DNA of 64,000 nucleotides from Escherichia phage UGJNEcP1, in the sequence record OV754623; one strand, written 5' to 3'. The notes beneath the pieces are model-generated. The model saw only the letters and a list, made by a program, of their open reading frames with translations. It did no database searches and was not told the DNA's origin. Both the position numbers and the translations under genes were made by a program. Positions 20,180 to 29,607 of the stretch are shown here, piece after piece (position 1 is the stretch's first letter; each line of letters begins with the position of its first letter).

Positions 20180-20380
20180 TTATTCGGCCATATCAGAACG
20201 TTCAAAAAGCTCTTCAACAGTTAAACATTCAGTGTCATCCTCAATAAAGAATCGAGTCCAACACGTTGGGGCGATACAGTTATGAGTTTGTCCGGCGATA
20301 GAAGCTACACGAATAAGCTGCTGACCGTTATTCAGAACAAATTTTTCACCAATTTCAACATCTTTAAAAAGCTTAGCCAT
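20180..20380 (-). CDS. hypothetical small protein
   Basis: 66-aa ORF in the ndd-denB interval. Confidence 0.4.
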   Translation of the reverse strand: MAKLFKDVEIGEKFVLNNGQQLIRVASIAGQTHNCIAPTCWTRFFIEDDTECLTVEELFERSDMAE

Positions 20381-20630
20381 TTTGTGTTCCTCATGTTTCA
20401 GTAGGACTACTATACCATAATCCTACCTTGTTGTAAACAATTAAATTACATTAAAATATGTTAAAGCCAACCATGTTCCTGTGAACGAACACGCAATGTA
20501 AAAACCCGTATCGCAAATTGTTCTTAGTACAATAAGAAGTGCATTTTTCATAAGTACCTCAATGCAATTGAAAATATTATACAAATCATAGGGATACTAA
20601 GCAACCATATTCCGATCCACATTTTAGAGC

Positions 20631-20894
20631 TCATAGCTCAACTTCCGCCAGTTCCATATATCCTTTGTTGATAGTCTCTTTAAGGTCTTTAGAAAGAATG
20701 ACATTAAAATGGTCGTTCATATGTCCGTTAACTAAACGAGTTATTTCGGCTTCAGATGACATATAAGGCACGTCTGAGTCCCAATGAGATAGTCCCAAAT
20801 GGGTATAAATCATCCCTTCGTCATCTGCAGTGTTGTACATTGAAACAAATTCGCCTGTTACTTTATGTTTTGCGTAGAAAAATTTAAATTTCAT
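20631..20894 (-). CDS. hypothetical small protein
   Basis: 87-aa ORF with an early promoter upstream. Confidence 0.45.
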   Translation of the reverse strand: MKFKFFYAKHKVTGEFVSMYNTADDEGMIYTHLGLSHWDSDVPYMSSEAEITRLVNGHMNDHFNVILSKDLKETINKGYMELAEVEL

Positions 20895-20920
20895 AATGTT
20901 ATCCTCTTTTAGATAGGACT

Positions 20921-20950
20921 ACTATAACATAGTCCTACTTAGTTGTAAAC
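20921..20950 (-). promoter_or_regulatory. early promoter with a palindrome spanning the -10 element
   Basis: minus strand GTTTAC-AACTAAGTAGGACTATGTTATAGTAGTCCTA; inverted repeat taggacta/tagtccta around the -10. Confidence 0.45.
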
Positions 20951-20962
20951 ACTTTTATGAAA

Positions 20963-21520
20963 TTAAAGATGAAGATACCACCCGTTGTAGTTGCTCTTGC
21001 GGACGATTTTCTTTAGGTCTTCATGGTCTCCCACAAACTTTATAGAATAAGAGAAGACGTCAGGTGAGGTTTCTTTGACATCTAATATAATAATGCAATC
21101 TGCGACTCGATGATTCAAGAAGGGCCCTATATTGATTCCATTACCACCCGGATAATCACCGCTGTATCCTGTGGTAACCGAAATCCATTTAGAATCTATC
21201 TGATGGGTCTTTACTTCTACGCGTAGACCACAGTACTTAGGATGAGCTAAAACGTCCCACGCATACGTGTACGGGTCTTCTACGTCTTCAATACCTTTAT
21301 TAACATATCCGTCTAGCCAATTTGCTACTACGTACTCTGCAAAGACCGCAACCTTACAACGTCGAACTACATCTTCTTTGTTTTGGTCAGGATTTTGGCT
21401 CAGGGAATACCGAGCAGTGTCAGCAATCTTCACCTTCATTTCACTAGTCAAAAACTCATTCGACAGGATAAATGTCGGAAGATTCTTCAGTCTCAACAGT
21501 CCCAAGTTCGTCTTTACCAT
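20963..21520 (-). CDS. denB: endonuclease IV (DenB) candidate
   Basis: ORF 20963..21583; start at internal MVK gives 185 aa, the T4 DenB length; synteny between ndd and rIIB; sequence identity not verified. Confidence 0.5.
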   Translation of the reverse strand: MVKTNLGLLRLKNLPTFILSNEFLTSEMKVKIADTARYSLSQNPDQNKEDVVRRCKVAVFAEYVVANWLDGYVNKGIEDVEDPYTYAWDVLAHPKYCGLRVEVKTHQIDSKWISVTTGYSGDYPGGNGINIGPFLNHRVADCIIILDVKETSPDVFSYSIKFVGDHEDLKKIVRKSNYNGWYLHL

Positions 21521-21743
21521 AGATACCTCTGATGTGTAGTTCGCCAAAATAAATGCGGTCACCTTCTTCAAGATATTCAGCATCTACAGATGGAATTTCA
21601 ATAACAACTTCGTCGCATTCTAACCAGCCGTAGTGTGCATCACCAGGATGTTTTACCAATTTAGCACAATAAACTGATTTACACTTATGATGACCACGAA
21701 GATTAGCAATTTTGGATTCTGATACGTCAAATGGATGAATCAT
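21456..21743 (-). CDS. hypothetical protein between rIIB and denB
   Basis: 95-aa ORF with several Cys/His; overlaps the N-terminus of the denB ORF. Confidence 0.4.
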   Translation of the reverse strand: MIHPFDVSESKIANLRGHHKCKSVYCAKLVKHPGDAHYGWLECDEVVIEIPSVDAEYLEEGDRIYFGELHIRGIYGKDELGTVETEESSDIYPVE

Positions 21744-21763
21744 AATTACCCCTAAAGAAAAAA

Positions 21764-21779
21764 GGGGACCGAAGTCCCC
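21764..21779 (-). terminator. UUCG-tetraloop hairpin terminator after rIIB
   Basis: minus strand GGGGAC-UUCG-GUCCCC followed by UUUUUUCUUUAG. Confidence 0.6.
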
Positions 21780-21784
21780 AATTA

Positions 21785-22732
21785 TTATTCTGCAAATAAT
21801 TCAGTAACGTCTGAAATTACTTCATAACGACATGTACGCATCTTAGCATCACCATAGTCAACTGGGATGGATACAACATCACGTGGATGAACTTTAACCT
21901 TAACAACTTTATCTGAGCTAGAACCAAAGTAACGAATATATGATTTAGCACAAACGTGGAGACCGCGAGAACAGGTTTGTGTATCATCGTCGTTAACTCG
22001 AGTACGAGGCATTGAAACAACTTTACCAGGCGAGTTATCAAATGTGCCACTATAGCAATCTAAATAGTCTTTACGAACTACTTTCCATGCATAGAAATAC
22101 CCATCTTCAGTGATTTCAATATCGTTTGCAACCAAGAAGTCGAATAAACGTTGTACAGCTTTTTCGCTTGGGTTTTCTAACAGGTTTTCAAGGAATGGCA
22201 GATAGAATTTAAAGTCTTCACCTTTTTCCATGGAATCAATAATACGGTTAACCAGCCCTGAACGAATCTCTATACCTTGATAAAATAAACTACCACCTTC
22301 AATAGTAACATTACCGTCAACAAACTTACTAATAGCTTTCTTGATGTTAATAAGTTCGACAGCTTTACTAAGGTTTCCTGCGACCAAATTAGCTTTAATT
22401 TCTTCAAAATTTGCATGACTTGATGGGGTCGCATTGTATGCTACGCGTCCTTCAATGATTGAAATAAATTTAGATGACGCGTTCCATATGATTTCAGGAC
22501 GATGTCCGCCGATAATAGGTTCATCATTTTCTGGAACTTCTTCGATTACATAAGAGGCATCGTTTGCTTCAGGGACAACGCCTTCAGCTTTAAAATTCTT
22601 AACAATCTTACGAAGAGTATCTGTTGAAATGTCGAAGTAATCGGCAATTTCTTTACGAGTCCATTTGCCTGATTCAACCAGGCCGTAAGCTTCTAACTGT
22701 TCTTCTTGGGACAAGCATTTGATATTGTACAT
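21785..22732 (-). CDS. rIIB: rIIB protein
   Basis: 315 aa; MYNIKCL..., IIWNAS.KFISI, GGSLFYQ.IE.RSGLV.RI.DSMEKGE.F.FY.PFLENLLENPS.KAV.RLFDFLVANDIEITEDGYFYAWKVVR match T4 rIIB as recalled. Confidence 0.95.
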   Translation of the reverse strand: MYNIKCLSQEEQLEAYGLVESGKWTRKEIADYFDISTDTLRKIVKNFKAEGVVPEANDASYVIEEVPENDEPIIGGHRPEIIWNASSKFISIIEGRVAYNATPSSHANFEEIKANLVAGNLSKAVELINIKKAISKFVDGNVTIEGGSLFYQGIEIRSGLVNRIIDSMEKGEDFKFYLPFLENLLENPSEKAVQRLFDFLVANDIEITEDGYFYAWKVVRKDYLDCYSGTFDNSPGKVVSMPRTRVNDDDTQTCSRGLHVCAKSYIRYFGSSSDKVVKVKVHPRDVVSIPVDYGDAKMRTCRYEVISDVTELFAE

Positions 22733-22741
22733 AATGTTTCC

Positions 22742-24955
22742 TTATTTGGCCGCTTCCACGGCCTTCATGAATTTAACGATTTGAGCGACCTGTTCTTTTG
22801 AAAGAGTACCACGTCGTCCCATGTATTCTGACACAATATGATAATTGGTTTCAAATTCAATAACCATTTTATCATCATTATCGTAAGCATTATCTTTAAG
22901 CTTATCGAAAATTTTAGCACACAATTCTAACTTCCTGTTCAGGTCTGTATTAGTAGCACCTGCGAATCGATTCCATCCCCAGCGATTATTTACTGTTGAG
23001 AGTTTTGCAAAGTCTTTACTGATTTCTTTGTTCTTAGAGCTAAAATACTTACTAAGGAAGTTAAGCTCTTCATTACGAGTAATATGATTCAAATAAGGCT
23101 GTGCTCTACGACTTGGTGATACATACTCATCATAATCTACTTTATCGATTAGCATAATATAGTCATTAATTGATTTTTCAAACAAACATTCTACTTCACC
23201 AAGTTTACGAACTTTCTTAGCAATCTGTGGGCGAACTACAGTGAACTCTTTAATACCTGACAAATCGGCAATACGAGTCAAGAAATTAGAATCATAGTTC
23301 AACCAACCTTTATCTGCGTCAAGACATTCAGCGTTAGAACGATTACGAATTACAACATAACCTTGAATCTCATCAGCTTTACCGGCCGGAATAAAGAGAT
23401 CTTCTGATACCCAAACATCGTTTTCATTCTTAAAGAACCGATGAGCACTCGGCGATTTAGGACGAGGCTGCGATGAACGTTCTTTAACTTCAATCCACGG
23501 TTTAACTAATGCAAGAATTTCAGATGTCTTATAAAATTTAAGGCTATCACCAGCGAAAATAACCTTTAATCGTTCCAGAAGTTTCATTGCAACTTCATCT
23601 TCCGGGTTAATGAATAATACGCTACTACCCCATCCGGAAGGAACCTTATCAACGAGTGTTGATGCATCGGTGGAAGTCAAAGCATCGTTCAGAGCACGCA
23701 TCATTGGTACGCGGCCTTTCACATCGTCAATAACGATATCAATATGCTTACGACTAATACCTAGCAGGCTATTAATTGAAATAGTTGCAGACGAGCTTCC
23801 GCTTTCACGAATACGACGAAGTCGTGGGTCTGAAACGATATCATATACAACGCCAAGGTTGCACCATTCAGGTCCCATTTTAAAACGTTTGTACAACTCA
23901 GAATAAGTTAGTTGTTCTTTAGAGTATTTCAGTGATTCAATATTAGAACCGGCTTTTTCCATATATTTACGAGCAGAGTAACCAAGAGAATCGATTTCAC
24001 GGAATACATGACGTGGATATTCACAATCAATCCATTTCTTAGAATCTTCAGCAAATAATTTTGCATCGATTTCTGCAACACGTTTATGGATATTTGCTAC
24101 TGTACGTTTATCAAATGACAATGCTTCACGAGACGGGGCTACATCTAGTTCACCCATAGGGAATTTAATATAAGCTGTAGTGCATCGCGTCATCATCCAT
24201 GTTTGTTCTTTAATAACACTTCCGATTGGATATACAATACCGCCATAAACAGCCATGATATTACCACGTTCACCCCATGGAGCTTCCTTGGCCAAATATA
24301 CATCGTCAAATTCAGGAAAGTATTTAATATCTTTAACACCGCGAACTTCTGCAATATCACCTAGAGGACGCATAACATATGCAATTTCAGATGCGAACTT
24401 TTCAAAATCTTCTGGGTTAACAGGTACAACTACTTCTACACCCGTACGGTCATCAGGACCCATCTTATCTACAAAGGTTGGCTTAATCTGTGGACCACTG
24501 TCATCTTGGTAGATTACGTAACCACGAACTTCACCGTTGTGATAAGACGTAAGGTTAAACGTATCAGTATATGCTAGCGGAGCTTTAGAGCCGAGTCCGA
24601 ATCCACCAATGAAATCGTTACTCGATGTTTTAGTTGAAGCAAAATATGAGTTATAGATTCCTGGCTCTTCGTCATTACCTCGAATGGTGAAATCACTCAT
24701 ACCAGGACCAAAGTCTCGAACTACAAAACGTGGGTCTAAACGACCTGGTGCCTGAACAATAAACTTATCAGTGCAACCATTAAGAATTTGTCCATCGATA
24801 CAGTTTGTGATTAATTCACGTACACAAGCCAATTCTTTGTTTGTATAAAGGTCATTAGACAAAATCTTATAAACTTTGCTATTGCCTTGAATAGTAAATG
24901 CTGTGCTCTTACCGCCTGAACCAATAATCGTTTCTTTAGCCGTTTCAATAATCAT
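22742..24955 (-). CDS. rIIA: rIIA protein
   Basis: 737 aa (T4 rIIA 725 aa); synteny directly upstream of rIIB. Confidence 0.95.
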   Translation of the reverse strand: MIIETAKETIIGSGGKSTAFTIQGNSKVYKILSNDLYTNKELACVRELITNCIDGQILNGCTDKFIVQAPGRLDPRFVVRDFGPGMSDFTIRGNDEEPGIYNSYFASTKTSSNDFIGGFGLGSKAPLAYTDTFNLTSYHNGEVRGYVIYQDDSGPQIKPTFVDKMGPDDRTGVEVVVPVNPEDFEKFASEIAYVMRPLGDIAEVRGVKDIKYFPEFDDVYLAKEAPWGERGNIMAVYGGIVYPIGSVIKEQTWMMTRCTTAYIKFPMGELDVAPSREALSFDKRTVANIHKRVAEIDAKLFAEDSKKWIDCEYPRHVFREIDSLGYSARKYMEKAGSNIESLKYSKEQLTYSELYKRFKMGPEWCNLGVVYDIVSDPRLRRIRESGSSSATISINSLLGISRKHIDIVIDDVKGRVPMMRALNDALTSTDASTLVDKVPSGWGSSVLFINPEDEVAMKLLERLKVIFAGDSLKFYKTSEILALVKPWIEVKERSSQPRPKSPSAHRFFKNENDVWVSEDLFIPAGKADEIQGYVVIRNRSNAECLDADKGWLNYDSNFLTRIADLSGIKEFTVVRPQIAKKVRKLGEVECLFEKSINDYIMLIDKVDYDEYVSPSRRAQPYLNHITRNEELNFLSKYFSSKNKEISKDFAKLSTVNNRWGWNRFAGATNTDLNRKLELCAKIFDKLKDNAYDNDDKMVIEFETNYHIVSEYMGRRGTLSKEQVAQIVKFMKAVEAAK

Positions 24956-24967
24956 ATTTTTCTCTCA

Positions 24968-25168
24968 TCACAAGTTACGTTTAAAAATTTCTGCCACTTC
25001 GAGAAGTTCTTCTTTAGTAGCTGTATCGGTTTGTATTTTATATCGAATTTCTTTAAAGCGTTCTTTAAAGGACTCTGCTGACTCGATATCAAAAAATCTT
25101 TGGATAAGCCGGAATTCCCGGAGCACTGCTTTATCAAAAAGTTCCAAGTCCACGTTATATGTTCTCAT
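24968..25168 (-). CDS. hypothetical small protein (rIIA.1 position)
   Basis: 66-aa ORF immediately upstream of rIIA. Confidence 0.5.
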   Translation of the reverse strand: MRTYNVDLELFDKAVLREFRLIQRFFDIESAESFKERFKEIRYKIQTDTATKEELLEVAEIFKRNL

Positions 25169-25260
25169 AATATTCTCTTCAGTAGATTCCTAGGGCACTA
25201 TTACTAAAGACCATATAATCTATCATCTTATGTGTAATAGTGCCTCAGGCTATTCAGGAT

Positions 25261-26361
25261 TTACGCTGTGAAGATTTTATCCCACATCGCAACAACTGCA
25301 TCTCGGTTATACTTCTTCCATACTGCTTCAGCACGTTTAACTCGAGCTTCGTATGTGTCAGTGAATTCTAATACAGCTTTTGTGTAAAGCGCAACTACTT
25401 CTTTCTTAGGAGTAGAGGAATCAATTTCTACACGCACAGTATCTGGGTCGTATTCGAATGTCGCATGAGGATAATCCTTAAAAACTAACTGGATTACAGG
25501 GACACCTTTAGAGATGGCTTCAATAGAACTATTCTCTACAGTACCTGTGTCAGGACACGTATTAATAAGTGCTTTAGCTGTTTTAAGACGTTCCATAATT
25601 TCACTGTGTGGAGCATCAATAATAACAGGATATTTAGCTGGTGGCGCCCATTTGCTTGGACAGTATCCTGCACCATTTTCGCCTAGTGCTTTAATCGCTT
25701 CAAGAGCAACATCAGTACGACGCATTTTAGTGTCATAACGTTGTGCACTAATAATCAGATCCGTCGCCGGAAGAACTTCTGGCTTTTCAGTCAAACAAAT
25801 AACCGGATAATCTTCGGCTTCAAACAACGGATTTGCTCGCCAATAATCATAATCAATTTTGTCAGTCAGACCTGAAGTCATATAACAATATTTGCGTTCA
25901 AATTCACGGAAGGCTTTAGTAGGAGCATAACTCTTACCACCATTCTTATGAATTTGAATAGTCTGGTCCCAAATTTGAACAATGCCACGAGATACCGGTT
26001 CAAATGGTGTTGCCATAAAATTCTTATGAACTTTAGAGAGACCTGCGTCTTTAATTGCCTGAACGGTTAGTTTAGTCGGTTCCATAGTAACAACAAAATC
26101 GTATTCATGGATGCCGGCTAGTTCAACAATCTTACGAGCCATAGTATAACTCATACCTAGACTGAATTTAGTCAGATGACCAACAGGATGATGATTAACT
26201 TTCCAATCACCAAATGTGTCATTATCAAAACCGATATAATCAATATCAGCACCGATGGACACAAGATATTTCAACACGTTCAAATGAACCGCTTCAAGAC
26301 CACCTTGTACACGGTCAGGATTAAATGGGACTGCACGAGATGGGATAAACATAACTTTCAT
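25261..26361 (-). CDS. putative GT4-like GT-B glycosyltransferase; candidate DNA sugar transferase
   Basis: 366 aa; N-terminal RVQGGLEAVHLNVLKYLVSIG resembles the GT4 GG.E..V..L...L...G motif; C-terminal TGTVENSSIEAISKGVPVIQ resembles the GT4 EGFG...EAMA.G.PVI donor-binding motif. Confidence 0.65.
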   Translation of the reverse strand: MKVMFIPSRAVPFNPDRVQGGLEAVHLNVLKYLVSIGADIDYIGFDNDTFGDWKVNHHPVGHLTKFSLGMSYTMARKIVELAGIHEYDFVVTMEPTKLTVQAIKDAGLSKVHKNFMATPFEPVSRGIVQIWDQTIQIHKNGGKSYAPTKAFREFERKYCYMTSGLTDKIDYDYWRANPLFEAEDYPVICLTEKPEVLPATDLIISAQRYDTKMRRTDVALEAIKALGENGAGYCPSKWAPPAKYPVIIDAPHSEIMERLKTAKALINTCPDTGTVENSSIEAISKGVPVIQLVFKDYPHATFEYDPDTVRVEIDSSTPKKEVVALYTKAVLEFTDTYEARVKRAEAVWKKYNRDAVVAMWDKIFTA

Positions 26362-26387
26362 AATTAAGCCTTATTAAAATTAAAATG

Positions 26388-26405
26388 AAGCTCCCGAAGG
26401 AGCTT
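26388..26405 (-). terminator. UUCG-tetraloop hairpin at the 3' end of gene 39
   Basis: minus strand AAGCUCC-UUCG-GGAGCUU overlapping the gene 39 stop. Confidence 0.4.
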
Positions 26406-28221
26406 AGGACATCCATTCTTTACGAAGTTCTGAATCATCACCCATCAACATTTCAAAGAGTTCTTTCCAATTTTCAGGAAGTTTAACTACGTCGTACACA
26501 GGGTTCTGAATCATTTCACGATATTCTGACTTTTCAAGGGAGCCTAATCCCTTGATGTATCTAATACTATGCTTAGGCAGTGTATCTTTAACTTCTTCAT
26601 ACTCAGCTACAGTATAAAACCATTTTTGAGTTTTGCCAATTTGTGCAATAATTACAGGCGTTTTAACAAAACGAATACGTCCTTGTTCAAACAATTCAGG
26701 CCAATTACTAAAGAAAGCAAGCAAAGCCGGATAGATACTTCCAAGACCGTCGTGATCTGCATCGGTCATAATTGCAATATTACGATAGTTCGTATTCTCT
26801 GCCTTTTCACCAAGAATAAGACCTGTGATAGCACAGATATCGAAGAGCTCTTTGTTCTTCATCATATCGGCATATGACATACCCCAGCTATTCATCACCT
26901 TACCACGTAATGGGAATCCACCGTGTAGTTCACGGTCACGAACATCAATGAGATAACCAATTGCCGAATCACCTTCTGTTAAAAACAATGTTGTATCTGC
27001 ATCTTTACCGCATTGGTTAGCTTTAATATGCTTATGAACCTTAGCTTTAGTTGCCTTTTTAGCTGCTTTAGTTTCTGCAGCCTTTTCTGCCGCCAATTTA
27101 CGAGCTAATGCTGCTTCAACAATAGGCATAATCAAGGCTTCGTTTTTAAGAAGTGCCTGAGCAATTTTCTTAGCATCTAATTGGATATGATTACGAATAT
27201 CACCGTACGTTGACGTTAAACGCTCTTTAGTCTGAGAATCAAAACGCATGTTGCTCATGTCTCTAATAAACATCAACATTGTGAGACATTCTTTAACACG
27301 AGCTTTAGTGACTTCAATACCCTTATATTTCTTTTTAATACCTGGCAAAAGATGTTCACAGATATCATCCATTACACATTCAACATGATGACCACCATTT
27401 TTAGTATGGATGTTATTCACATAAGTTAAATGACGGAAGCCATCTGGTGATGTTGTGAATGCTATAGAAACTTTATCATTTTCTTGAATGATGTTATCTT
27501 CACCAAATTGTTTAGCAAATCGTTTAAAATTACCATCAACCTTTTTACCATTAAATGTGAACTTGATATCAGGATAAACGACTGCCAATGTTTGAAGTCG
27601 GTCTAAAGTAATATCTAAATAAATTTGAGATAAATTGTGCTCTTCAAACGAAGAGAAATCAGGAGTGAAGATTACTTTAGTGCCTTTACCTTTAGATTTC
27701 TTAGAAGACCATGATTTGTTTTCCATTCCATTTGAACAGTTAACAGTGATTTCATTTTCGCCATCTGACGTAATGCCTGTAAACAACGTAGAGAAGATAT
27801 TAGTTAAACTACTCCCGACGCCATTCATACCACCAGTCTTGCGTTCAGAGTCATCACCAAAGTTACCACCGGCCTTTGGAATAGTCCAGGCTGCTACAGG
27901 CCCAGGAATTTGTTCACCTGTTTGGTCGGTAACTAAACCTTGAGGAATACCACGTCCGTTATCTTCCACCGAAACTTGATTATTTTTAATTTGCACATCA
28001 ATTTTATTTGCAAACTTAAATGATGTACGAATAGCTTCATCAACCGAGTTGTCAATAATCTCATCGATTAATTTAACCAGACCAGGAACATATTCAACTT
28101 GTTGATATTTACCAAACAAAAAACGCTCATGTGCTTCTTTAGCTGAAGAACCAATATACATACCACTGCGTTTCTTAATATGTTCTACATCCGACAATAC
28201 CTTAATTTCATTTTTAATCAT
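26404..28221 (-). CDS. 39: DNA topoisomerase II large subunit gp39, unsplit (GyrB-like, includes the T4 gene 60 portion)
   Basis: 605 aa single ORF with GHKL ATPase and TOPRIM regions; T4 splits this into 39 and 60. Confidence 0.9.
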   Translation of the reverse strand: MIKNEIKVLSDVEHIKKRSGMYIGSSAKEAHERFLFGKYQQVEYVPGLVKLIDEIIDNSVDEAIRTSFKFANKIDVQIKNNQVSVEDNGRGIPQGLVTDQTGEQIPGPVAAWTIPKAGGNFGDDSERKTGGMNGVGSSLTNIFSTLFTGITSDGENEITVNCSNGMENKSWSSKKSKGKGTKVIFTPDFSSFEEHNLSQIYLDITLDRLQTLAVVYPDIKFTFNGKKVDGNFKRFAKQFGEDNIIQENDKVSIAFTTSPDGFRHLTYVNNIHTKNGGHHVECVMDDICEHLLPGIKKKYKGIEVTKARVKECLTMLMFIRDMSNMRFDSQTKERLTSTYGDIRNHIQLDAKKIAQALLKNEALIMPIVEAALARKLAAEKAAETKAAKKATKAKVHKHIKANQCGKDADTTLFLTEGDSAIGYLIDVRDRELHGGFPLRGKVMNSWGMSYADMMKNKELFDICAITGLILGEKAENTNYRNIAIMTDADHDGLGSIYPALLAFFSNWPELFEQGRIRFVKTPVIIAQIGKTQKWFYTVAEYEEVKDTLPKHSIRYIKGLGSLEKSEYREMIQNPVYDVVKLPENWKELFEMLMGDDSELRKEWMS

Positions 28222-28271
28222 GTTGTCTCCTCGTTATGAAGGTATTCTATCATCCGAAATCTAAAGCAAAA

Positions 28272-28285
28272 AGGGCCGAAGCCCT
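28272..28285 (-). terminator. UUCG-tetraloop hairpin terminator
   Basis: minus strand AGGGC-UUCG-GCCCU followed by UUUUUGCUUUAG. Confidence 0.5.
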
Positions 28286-28728
28286 TATTTAAATTTAATT
28301 TTCTGAAGTGCATCAATTGCAGCTAAACGCCCTTGTTCACTTTTAACTGTAATGACCACATCGCCTGATACGATCACCGAACCATCAACAAATTCTATAG
28401 AGCCTTTTTTGAAATCGACAGCTGTATCTGGTTCCGGAACTTCTTCAAAGAATTTAAATTCTGCACCATAAATCAGAATATCACCTTGCATACTAATGAT
28501 TGTACGTCTAGGTCCATCGGTTTCAGCGGCAATCATTGAAACACCATAACCAATCATCTCTTCTACAATAAAATCTCTTGATAATAAAACTGTATGCAGA
28601 GTAGTGTTAAGACGTTTACCAGTTGTATTAAGAATTCTCAAGAAATTATCTTCTTGACCTTTGATAATACGATATTTCTTACCAACTTCAAAACCTTTAA
28701 AACCTTTAAAAGCCGTATTAAAAGCCAT
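28285..28728 (-). CDS. hypothetical protein (goF/39.x region)
   Basis: 147-aa ORF; no motif recognised. Confidence 0.45.
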   Translation of the reverse strand: MAFNTAFKGFKGFEVGKKYRIIKGQEDNFLRILNTTGKRLNTTLHTVLLSRDFIVEEMIGYGVSMIAAETDGPRRTIISMQGDILIYGAEFKFFEEVPEPDTAVDFKKGSIEFVDGSVIVSGDVVITVKSEQGRLAAIDALQKIKFK

Positions 28729-28730
28729 AA

Positions 28731-28910
28731 TTAACCCTTCTTAAGTAAGTCGTAAAAACCACCGTTCACATGTTTAGGAGCAGAAACCCGACGAGTAGAC
28801 AGACGATGACATTCAGGGCAAACATCGTTTTCTCGTTCAGAAATCCTTTTAATTTTTTCATATTCATGACCACAATCTTCAGATTGACATTTATAGTCGT
28901 ATAACGGCAT
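28731..28910 (-). CDS. FmdB-family zinc-ribbon protein
   Basis: 59-aa [24 protein letters not shown]...CPECH matching the FmdB zinc-ribbon pattern; TAATG overlap with upstream ORF; below track cutoff. Confidence 0.5.
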   Translation of the reverse strand: MPLYDYKCQSEDCGHEYEKIKRISERENDVCPECHRLSTRRVSAPKHVNGGFYDLLKKG

Positions 28911-29341
28911 TATTGTTCCTTAAAATGTGCTTTCAACATTTGATACAAAGACCATGCCTGGTCGTTATTTTCGATAGTAATCGTCATCACAGGAAATTCA
29001 GACAATTCGTCAAGTTCATCAGAATCTTGCTCTTCAGACGCTTGATATGGATTTCCAACTTCGTCAAAGAACTCTGCTTCATTCGTGGAGAGCCAGATAA
29101 AGTTTTCATCAAGGATATCACCGCCTGTTGCGTATCCAACCGTGCCAGTAGATGTTAAAATTTTAGTAGGACGTCCGAGATGGTCAACATCTAATACTTT
29201 AAATGGTTCCATGCCAAGACGTCGTGCATAAATCCCATTATCAGTGTGGTCTTTAATAAACTCTTCTTGGGCACGTTTATCTATAAATTGATACCATGAG
29301 TTAACGCGGAATTTATTAGCCATTAGTAAGTTTCCTTCCAA
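28910..29341 (-). CDS. hypothetical acidic protein
   Basis: 143-aa ORF with acidic C-terminal stretch. Confidence 0.45.
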   Translation of the reverse strand: MEGNLLMANKFRVNSWYQFIDKRAQEEFIKDHTDNGIYARRLGMEPFKVLDVDHLGRPTKILTSTGTVGYATGGDILDENFIWLSTNEAEFFDEVGNPYQASEEQDSDELDELSEFPVMTITIENNDQAWSLYQMLKAHFKEQ

Positions 29342-29595
29342 TAAGTTGTACCATTTTCAGTGATTTCACGGAAGATACCATAGATAGGCATTTCATCGCC
29401 GAGTTTTTCGTAAACGTAAACCACTTCGGTGTAGCATAAAAATTCAGTCCAGTTTTTCTGTACAACAACTAAATCAGGATTAAACAGAACATCTTCAAAC
29501 TCATCGATGTTTGAATCGGTAGTTACGTTTTTAATGATTTGACGTTTCATAATATTCTCCTCTTGTTTTGATAGGTCTATAGTATCATAGACCAT
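29323..29595 (-). CDS. hypothetical small protein
   Basis: 90-aa ORF, possibly starting at internal MKRQ. Confidence 0.4.
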   Translation of the reverse strand: MVYDTIDLSKQEENIMKRQIIKNVTTDSNIDEFEDVLFNPDLVVVQKNWTEFLCYTEVVYVYEKLGDEMPIYGIFREITENGTTYWKETY

Positions 29596-29607
29596 AGTTG
29601 TTGTACA

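Noticed and set aside
20963-21583. Full 206-aa extent of the denB ORF from the first ATG
   Set aside because: The first ATG gives a large overlap with the upstream 95-aa ORF; an internal MVK start gives the T4 DenB length of 185 aa, so the N-terminal extension is probably not translated
26404-28221. Gene 60-type translational bypass (take-off GGA, 50-nt gap, hairpin)
   Set aside because: Gene 39 is one uninterrupted 605-aa ORF here, so no split gene and no bypass element is expected or seen
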